This document shows, in pieces, positions 58,040 to 64,000 of a stretch of DNA of 64,000 bases. Source of the stretch: a bacterium (lineage in GTDB: Bacteria; Babelota; Babeliae; Babelales; UASB340); NCBI GenBank assembly GCA_030629005.1, contig DAOVPV010000001.1, positions 130,429 through 194,428 of the forward strand. The letters run 5' to 3'. Made by a program: the position numbers and the translations under genes. Position 1 is the first letter of the stretch. Each line of letters starts with the position of its first letter. The notes beneath the pieces are model-generated. The model did no database searches, was not told the DNA's origin, and was given only the letters and a program-made list of their open reading frames with translations.

Positions 58040-58116
58040 TGGCGTCCCCAAGGGGATTCGAACCCCTGTTGCTGGAATGAAAATCCAGTGTCCTGACCAG
58101 ACTAGACGATGGGGAC
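58040..58116 (-). tRNA. tRNA-Glu (anticodon UUC), CCA encoded
   Basis: Acceptor, D and T stems identical to the CUC isoacceptor (single differences in the D and T loops). Anticodon stem CTGGA/TCCAG with loop TTTTCAT. Confidence 0.9.
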
Positions 58117-58167
58117 ACATAAACTTTGAGAACTGGCTTGCCAGCCGTAGCCACGAAGGGCGTAGGC

Positions 58168-58243
58168 TGGTGAGCCGCGTAGGAATCGAACCTACGACCC
58201 ACAGCTTAAAAGGCTGTTGCTCTACCAACTGAGCTAGCGGCTC
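58168..58243 (-). tRNA. tRNA-Lys (anticodon UUU), CCA encoded
   Basis: Acceptor GAGCCGC/GCGGCTC, D arm GCTC-AGTTGGTA-GAGC, anticodon stem ACAGC/GCTGT with loop CTTTTAA, T arm GTAGG-TTCGATT-CCTAC, discriminator A, CCA. Confidence 0.9.
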
Positions 58244-58362
58244 ACTAAATTTTAGTGTCAAAATTAAATATCAAAGAATTAAATAGACTATAACCCCATT
58301 CACAAGGAAAATTTACAAGAATTATAAAACCATGTCAAGCAAAATCACCTTTTTACTATATT

Positions 58363-59790
58363 TTACCCTAACATCTTGGTTACAACAAAACAATATATCG
58401 CAACACCTAAAATATCCATCAATGTCGCAAGAAATGGCGCGGCCGAATGTGCAGGATCTAAATTTAAACGTTCTAGAAGTAACGGCAACAGTGCGCCCAA
58501 AAACATCGATGTCATTATAATTAAAAAAAGCGCAATACTGACAGTAAATGCGCTTAATAAATCATAGTTAAATAAATAAACCCTAACAAAGGCTACAGAA
58601 ACTAGTATTAAAGAAACAAATACCGAAACGCTGATTTCTCTTAACAAAACTCTAAAGCCACTTTTTCTTGATATATGACCAGTTGCAAGACCTCGAATTA
58701 TAACAGCAGAAGACTGATTTCCAGCATTACCGCCCGTACCAATAAGCATCGTTAAAAATATCGTAATTATAAAATATTTATCAACAATTGCCTGATTGCC
58801 AGCCAAAATATAACCTGACAAACTTTGCAATAATAAAAGTCCAACTAACCAAGGAGTCCTTTGCCAAATAACTGTCCAGATTGAAGTTTGTAAATATTCA
58901 TCCTCAACAGGGCTTACACCTGACATTTTATAAACGTCTTCACTCGCCTCTTCTTCTAAAATTTCAAAAACATCATCTGCCATTATGACACCCAAAAAAT
59001 GTCCTTTATCATCCACTACGGGAGCCGTAAAAAGAGCATAGTGTCTGATCTGATTCACAGCATCTTCCTGGTCTTGATTTACATTTAAAACCAAAATGTT
59101 CTTACGAACAAGATTTTTTAAAATAATATCCGGTTTATTTAAAACAAGGTCACCAAGCTTTATATGACCTACAAGTCTTTGCTCATTATCAGTTATATAA
59201 ATAACACGCAAAACTTCTTGTTTTTCACCCAGTCGCTGCAAAATAGAAAGACTTTTTTTTACAGTAAAATCTTGTATCAATGTAAGAACATCAGAATTCA
59301 TGATTCTACCAACCGAATCCTGCCTAAAATTCAATCTCGAAATTATACGTGAACGTTGTTTTCTTTGTAGTAACTTTAAATATTTTTTAAGCTCTTCATC
59401 CGATAAATCATCAAAAATATCTGTTAAGTGTTCAGTCGAAATATGTTTTAGAAATTCAGAAACCACGCGCGATTCTAAGTGTACCAGCAAATAGGCCCTA
59501 CTGGACACTGACAACTCTTCAAAAACTTTTACTGACAAATCTTTGGGTAAAACGTTAAACAATTTCAAAATCTTCTTTTCAACAAGCGTACTATCAAAAA
59601 ATAACGCTATGTCCGCAGGGTGCTGACTTATCAACAATTTAAAAAGATCTTTACCTAGAGCTGTGTTGCCTTTTATTACAGCATTTAAATTTTTTTCTAT
59701 TTGAAAAAATACTTTTTTCAACTTTAACACTATTTTAGCCCCCTCTGAATAAGGCGTGTTTGACTTTTTACTATTATAAATAATAATCAT
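58363..59790 (-). CDS. mgtE: Magnesium transporter MgtE
   Basis: N-domain, tandem CBS region, and TM domain with GTGGNAGNQS and the C-terminal PFLATLMDILG motif. Confidence 0.88.
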   Translation of the reverse strand: MIIIYNSKKSNTPYSEGAKIVLKLKKVFFQIEKNLNAVIKGNTALGKDLFKLLISQHPADIALFFDSTLVEKKILKLFNVLPKDLSVKVFEELSVSSRAYLLVHLESRVVSEFLKHISTEHLTDIFDDLSDEELKKYLKLLQRKQRSRIISRLNFRQDSVGRIMNSDVLTLIQDFTVKKSLSILQRLGEKQEVLRVIYITDNEQRLVGHIKLGDLVLNKPDIILKNLVRKNILVLNVNQDQEDAVNQIRHYALFTAPVVDDKGHFLGVIMADDVFEILEEEASEDVYKMSGVSPVEDEYLQTSIWTVIWQRTPWLVGLLLLQSLSGYILAGNQAIVDKYFIITIFLTMLIGTGGNAGNQSSAVIIRGLATGHISRKSGFRVLLREISVSVFVSLILVSVAFVRVYLFNYDLLSAFTVSIALFLIIMTSMFLGALLPLLLERLNLDPAHSAAPFLATLMDILGVAIYCFVVTKMLG

Positions 59791-59822
59791 TATAGGTTAA
59801 AATACAAAAGAAATAAAACAGA

Positions 59823-60773
59823 TTGAAATCTCTACAAAAAAATATGAATATTATTAATAATATAGAAAAAACAGAAACTATTATTTGTACGCTGGAAGAC
59901 TCCAACCTAAAAAGGCTGGATAAACTTCTATTTCATAAATATCCGGACTATTCCAGATCTTATTTTCAAAATTTAATTAACAGAGACTTAATATCTGTTA
60001 ATTCTAGCAATAGTACAAAAGCAAGCTACAAATTTAAAACCGAAGATATTATCGAAATAAACTTTCCAAAAATTACACAATATGATCTTTCACCACAAAA
60101 GGTTGATTTTGATATTGTCGATGTACAACCTGATTTTATAATCATCAATAAACCATCAGGTTTAGTGGTTCACCCTTCCGACAATAACAACGAAGAAATT
60201 AGTTTGGTTCACGGACTTTTATATAAATTCAATGAATTTAATGATTTTAATGATAATCAACGCCCAGGAATTGTTCACAGAATAGATAGAGGAACATCTG
60301 GACTTCTAATCGTTGCAAGAAACACAAAATCTCAAATAAAATTCTCAAATAAATTTAAAGATAGGGAGATTAAAAAAACATATCTCGCTATTGTAAAAGG
60401 TCATCCTCCCAAAGAAGGCAGAATTGATCTACCAATAGGACGTCACCCAACAAAAAATCATCTTATGAGTCATAACAGCTATAATAGCAAGCCATCCCTT
60501 ACATCCTACAAAGTTGTACAATACTTTAAAACAGAGAGCCTTGTCGAAATAAAAATAATAACAGGCAGAACTCATCAAATTAGAGTTCATATGGCAGCAA
60601 TCGGACACGGGTTATTAGGAGATGGCTATTATGGTTATTTATCAAAACTAATAGAACGACCAGCATTACATGCACATAAACTATCATTTGAATATAAAGA
60701 CCAGAAATTTGACTACAAACTGGATCTACCTAAAGATATTTCTGATATGATAAGTAATCTAAAAGAACGTTAA
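59823..60773 (+). CDS. rluD: RluA-family 23S rRNA pseudouridine synthase (RluD-like)
   Basis: S4-like N-terminus, catalytic HRIDRGTSGLLIVAR, GRTHQIRVH. The track start is TTG; an ATG at 59844 is an alternative. Confidence 0.85.
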   Translation: MKSLQKNMNIINNIEKTETIICTLEDSNLKRLDKLLFHKYPDYSRSYFQNLINRDLISVNSSNSTKASYKFKTEDIIEINFPKITQYDLSPQKVDFDIVDVQPDFIIINKPSGLVVHPSDNNNEEISLVHGLLYKFNEFNDFNDNQRPGIVHRIDRGTSGLLIVARNTKSQIKFSNKFKDREIKKTYLAIVKGHPPKEGRIDLPIGRHPTKNHLMSHNSYNSKPSLTSYKVVQYFKTESLVEIKIITGRTHQIRVHMAAIGHGLLGDGYYGYLSKLIERPALHAHKLSFEYKDQKFDYKLDLPKDISDMISNLKER

Positions 60774-60774
60774 T

Positions 60775-61434
60775 TTAAAACATACCCCTTATTCTTTTTA
60801 AAAACATAACAAGCCTTTTCTTATAAGAAGCCTGACTTTCCGTATATTTTTTATTATTAAATCCAGGCCTTATCTCCTGTTTTGTTTTAAATCTATTCAA
60901 CCTTTTACAAACACGTTTAAGATGCTCAAAAGATTTTAAGTATTTCTTTAAAACAGATTCATCACTTATACAGATTACATTTTCATGATTTCTTTTTCCA
61001 GCCTGAACAGTCCAATTAAAAGACCCCGTCCAGACAAGCTCATCAAATATAGCATACTTATTATGCATTATCGTATTAACATATTTCTTATTTTTTAAAT
61101 TATTTTTATAAATAAAAAGATCTATTCCGGCCGACTTTAACATATCAACCTTACCAAACAAACTCTCCAAGCAGCCTTGATCTGTTATAAACTGAACATC
61201 AACTCCTCGTTTTTTAGCTTCAATAAGAGCTGTTGCTACTTTTTTATTCGTTAATATAAAAATCGCAGCATATATTCTATGCTGACTTTTATATATTCTT
61301 TCTATCAACTTTTTCGAAATATTATCATCTGGTGAAAACCAAACCTTACTATTTTGAGAACTGATAGATAAAACAAAAAAAAATAGAAACCAAAAATAAA
61401 TTATTTTTTTTAACTCAATACCGTTAATACTCAC
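60775..61434 (-). CDS. Secreted single-HKD phospholipase D-superfamily protein (Nuc-like)
   Basis: HNKYAIFD...GSFNWT is an HxK(x4)D...GSxN motif. About 219 aa with a signal peptide, as in Nuc-type endonucleases. Confidence 0.65.
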   Translation of the reverse strand: MSINGIELKKIIYFWFLFFFVLSISSQNSKVWFSPDDNISKKLIERIYKSQHRIYAAIFILTNKKVATALIEAKKRGVDVQFITDQGCLESLFGKVDMLKSAGIDLFIYKNNLKNKKYVNTIMHNKYAIFDELVWTGSFNWTVQAGKRNHENVICISDESVLKKYLKSFEHLKRVCKRLNRFKTKQEIRPGFNNKKYTESQASYKKRLVMFLKRIRGMF

Positions 61435-61554
61435 AATTTCCCCTTCTTTATCAAATATATTTAAAAAAAATATAAAAATTTTAATTTAATTTCTTGCTTT
61501 ATTAAATAAAAATTTTATACAAATATGCAATAATGAAATTTAGGAGAAGTATTA

Positions 61555-62139
61555 ATGAAGCATTTACTAATATTCTTAGTAATACTATTATCATTTATGT
61601 CTTTTAAAGGCATAATCATGGCAAAAAAAACAGATATTTTAATTTCAAATCTATACAACCAAATAAATCAAGATTTATTATTACTTAAAAAAGAACAACC
61701 GCAAACTCAACCAAAAGTTTATTCCCTGCTAGATCAAGTATGTAAAATGTACACGGCAACAAAAACATCTATCGAAAAAAGAGCAAAAACAAAAAACAAA
61801 CTCAAAATAAAAATAAAAGAAAGCACAATATTAAAATACGAAAACAATGCACTAAAAGAAAATATTATAAAGCTAAAAACCAAGTTCATCTCTATGCAAA
61901 AAGAATTAGCGGGAAAAAACAAAACCCTAACCGAAAACATAGATCTACTTAACAACATAAACAAAGAAAAAGAACTTATACAAAACAAAGCAAATGAATT
62001 AGAAAAACAAAAAAACGAGCTGATCCTAAATCAACAAAAAAACATAACCGGCAATAATGATAATAATAATGAATTTAAATTGCCAAACAATCAAAGCCTA
62101 AACCTAACCTCAACTTCTGCGCCAAGTTCATCTCTTTGA
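61555..62139 (+). CDS. Hypothetical secreted coiled-coil protein
   Basis: Signal peptide and K/E/N/L-rich heptad-like sequence. Its 3' end overlaps the convergent tamB-like gene by 49 nt. Confidence 0.4.
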   Translation: MKHLLIFLVILLSFMSFKGIIMAKKTDILISNLYNQINQDLLLLKKEQPQTQPKVYSLLDQVCKMYTATKTSIEKRAKTKNKLKIKIKESTILKYENNALKENIIKLKTKFISMQKELAGKNKTLTENIDLLNNINKEKELIQNKANELEKQKNELILNQQKNITGNNDNNNEFKLPNNQSLNLTSTSAPSSSL

Positions 62140-63266
62140 TCTTTTAGCAACCTGAAATTAACATCATCGGAAGCAAAGTATTCAAACTGCATAGAAAAAT
62201 CATCATTTAAATTAAAATCCTTCTGAATTTTGGCATGAAGCCTTTCGTTTACATCAACATCAACAGAACCTTTAAACCCATTTTTACCAATATTATTTAT
62301 AAAATTTGGAGTAATTTGTATATATCTAAATGGATTAAATATTTTTTTAAAAATGTTTTGTTTTTGATTATCAGCCACTATATTTTTAAAGTTTTTCTGC
62401 AAAACAAAAGACAACTGAGACTGAAGGTTCATATCTTTTGAACCAGCCAATAACAATCCCAAAATTTGTTTTTCCTCCAAACGTGGGTACGACTCCAATA
62501 TCACTTTTGGCACATTTAAAGAACCAATAATTTGCAAACTAATCAAATACTCATTTATTTTATTTTTTGCAACCAAGTCTATAACAGGATCATCTATTCT
62601 ATTTGGTAAAAATTGTATTTTCCCATAATCGATTAAAAGTTTTTTTTCAAAAAAATTTAACGCCCCATTTTTCATATCTAAGCTTCCAGTAAGCTCTGGA
62701 TAAAATAATCCTTCATCCGCAACCTTTAAACCCAAATTCAAATCTAGATTAATGTCAGAATTTAAAACATCTCCCCTTAGCTTTAATGGTTCCAAAGATA
62801 TGATATTTATATCAAAATTTAGCCTCTCGCTATTCTCCTTTAATACAGGCCTTAAAAAGGAATATTTTAATATTAAACTGTTATCAAAGTTCAAAAAATT
62901 ACTATTCAAAAAGCTCTTTCTAAAAACCAACGTTCCTTTAACATCCATCCTTTTATCGAATTCTTTTGTAATAAAAAAATTAGCATCACATAAAGAATAA
63001 AAATCATTCTTCCAATTAAACAAAAAATTATTAACTTTTATTGGCAAATCCACTCTTCCCAAAGAAAAATTATCATCAAAACATATTAGGCCACTACTAC
63101 TATTAATTGTCCCCTTTAAAAATTTAATTTCTAATTTGCCAATATCAAACTGCATCAGCTCAGATTTAAACAAAAATTCCAATTCTACATTTTCAATAGG
63201 GTTGTAATTATTTACAAAAGAAAGCTTGCCACCATTAAAAAACAACCGTCCCCTCAATTTTTTCAA
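62091..63266 (-). CDS. tamB: TamB-like (DUF490) translocation/assembly protein, C-terminal portion
   Basis: LISLQIIGSLNVPKVILESYPRLEEKQILGLLLAGS is a typical DUF490 block. The TTG start is artificial, and the frame is open upstream to 63362. Confidence 0.6.
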   Translation of the reverse strand: MKKLRGRLFFNGGKLSFVNNYNPIENVELEFLFKSELMQFDIGKLEIKFLKGTINSSSGLICFDDNFSLGRVDLPIKVNNFLFNWKNDFYSLCDANFFITKEFDKRMDVKGTLVFRKSFLNSNFLNFDNSLILKYSFLRPVLKENSERLNFDINIISLEPLKLRGDVLNSDINLDLNLGLKVADEGLFYPELTGSLDMKNGALNFFEKKLLIDYGKIQFLPNRIDDPVIDLVAKNKINEYLISLQIIGSLNVPKVILESYPRLEEKQILGLLLAGSKDMNLQSQLSFVLQKNFKNIVADNQKQNIFKKIFNPFRYIQITPNFINNIGKNGFKGSVDVDVNERLHAKIQKDFNLNDDFSMQFEYFASDDVNFRLLKDQRDELGAEVEVRFRL

Positions 63267-63303
63267 GTCTGTTTGATCCAGAAAAACATCACACTTTTTA
63301 ATA

Positions 63304-63948
63304 CTACCTAATATTTTTTTTTTTGAAATCTTCTGGAATAAATCTTTTGAAAAAAGACAAATCTAAAAATCCTGTCAATTTTTTTTTATCTCTTTTTTCT
63401 TGGCCAACAGAACAATCTACAATCTTCTTCCCCGTTTTTAGATACAATATTTTTTCCAAAAACAAATTGGGTAAAAATCCCAAACTTAAAATCAATCTAT
63501 CGGATACCCCATGAGCTGAAAGATTTAAACCTTTACGATTTAATAAGAAATTTCCAGAATAAGCTATTTTTTTTATTTCTGGAGTATTACCATTAAAAAG
63601 CAATGAAAAATCTCCGAGGCTCTTAAAAAGATCATAGCTCACCAAAAAATCGCCGGGGAATAATTTAAACTCATTTAAAACGTCTAAAGCTTTTAAATTT
63701 TTCAAATTTAATCTCGACTCTCTTTTTTTAATATCAACAAAAACATCACCATAAAAACTCTTATCTCTTAAAAAATTGTTTGTAAATTTTGAAAGAATAA
63801 AGTTCCCTCGAATTTTTTTTAAATCATAAATAAAATCAAATTTACACAAAGCATCAAATTTATTCGGTTTTGATTCTCCAGGGTTTACTTCGTGTGCCGT
63901 GCCCGCCAAAGCTTTATGCGACGGCTGGGTCATCCCGCACTTAACCAT
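63304..63948 (-). CDS. tamB: TamB-like protein, upstream portion (frame stays open to the window end at 64000)
   Basis: Beta-rich repetitive sequence continuous in character with 62091..63266. Separated from it by a 1-nt frame offset inside an A11 run. The N-terminal part runs through the GC-rich element. Confidence 0.5.
   Translation of the reverse strand: MVKCGMTQPSHKALAGTAHEVNPGESKPNKFDALCKFDFIYDLKKIRGNFILSKFTNNFLRDKSFYGDVFVDIKKRESRLNLKNLKALDVLNEFKLFPGDFLVSYDLFKSLGDFSLLFNGNTPEIKKIAYSGNFLLNRKGLNLSAHGVSDRLILSLGFLPNLFLEKILYLKTGKKIVDCSVGQEKRDKKKLTGFLDLSFFKRFIPEDFKKKNIR
63314..63324 (-). other. A11 homopolymer (coding strand) at the junction of the two tamB-like reading frames
   Basis: The plus strand has 11 T at 63314..63324. 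Frames overlap across 63304..63362, and deleting one A joins ...PEDFKKK to ILGSIKKCDVFLDQTDLKKLRG... Confidence 0.85.
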
Positions 63949-63992
63949 GTGCGGCGTAGCCTTGTGCGAAGCCTGTATGCGGGATCTAGTCC
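63878..63992. repeat. Long GC-rich mosaic element (long form of 33801..33835 plus the GGCGGGCACGGC module)
   Basis: The reverse complement reads GGACTAGATCCCGCAT-[37 nt]-TGCGGGATGAC-CCAGCCGTCGCATAAAGCTTTGGCGGGCACGGCACACGAAG... It lies in frame within the tamB-like ORF. Confidence 0.8.
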
Positions 63993-64000
63993 TTCTTTCA

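Noticed and set aside
57953-58261. 102-aa and 69-aa minus-strand ORFs covering tRNA-Glu(UUC), tRNA-Lys and the repeat
   Set aside because: They overlap two well-folded tRNA genes on the same strand, so they are an artefact of GC-rich non-coding sequence.

Overview
Very AT-rich bacterial chromosome segment, roughly 30% GC by eye (not computed), densely coding on both strands. Housekeeping genes: polA (partial), ruvX, tsaB, rsmE, gpmI, murG, tkt, aspS, an NtrY-like histidine kinase, an FKBP PPIase, a HIT protein, PBP1A, bioY, secA, atpD and atpC, a membrane pyrophosphatase, mltA-like, DUF1343, an MscK-like channel, mgtE, rluD and tamB-like. These are interleaved with many signal-peptide proteins, several of them eukaryote-like: a Ser/Thr kinase, a USP-like protein that has lost its catalytic residues, a RING/U-box/SP-RING-like protein, and long coiled-coil proteins. 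This pattern fits an intracellular or protist-associated bacterium (Dependentiae/TM6-like is only a guess). RNA genes are tRNA-Glu(CUC), tRNA-Glu(UUC) and tRNA-Lys(UUU). There are two type II/VII toxin-antitoxin pairs (RelE/Phd-like and MNT/HEPN). I found no rRNA, CRISPR array, transposase or integrase. The main non-genic signals are: (1) a 21-nt motif TCGRAAGAAACATTTAATGTT with 11 near-perfect copies, 10 on the + strand, lying in coding and intergenic DNA alike; (2) GC-rich palindromic mosaic elements, including copies read in frame in bioY and the tamB-like gene; (3) a ~155-nt GC-rich repeat 3' of both tRNA-Glu genes that brackets a small MNT/HEPN plus GIY-YIG islet; (4) a tamB-like gene split at an A11 tract; (5) a tandem-repeat protein gene flanked by 139-bp direct repeats.
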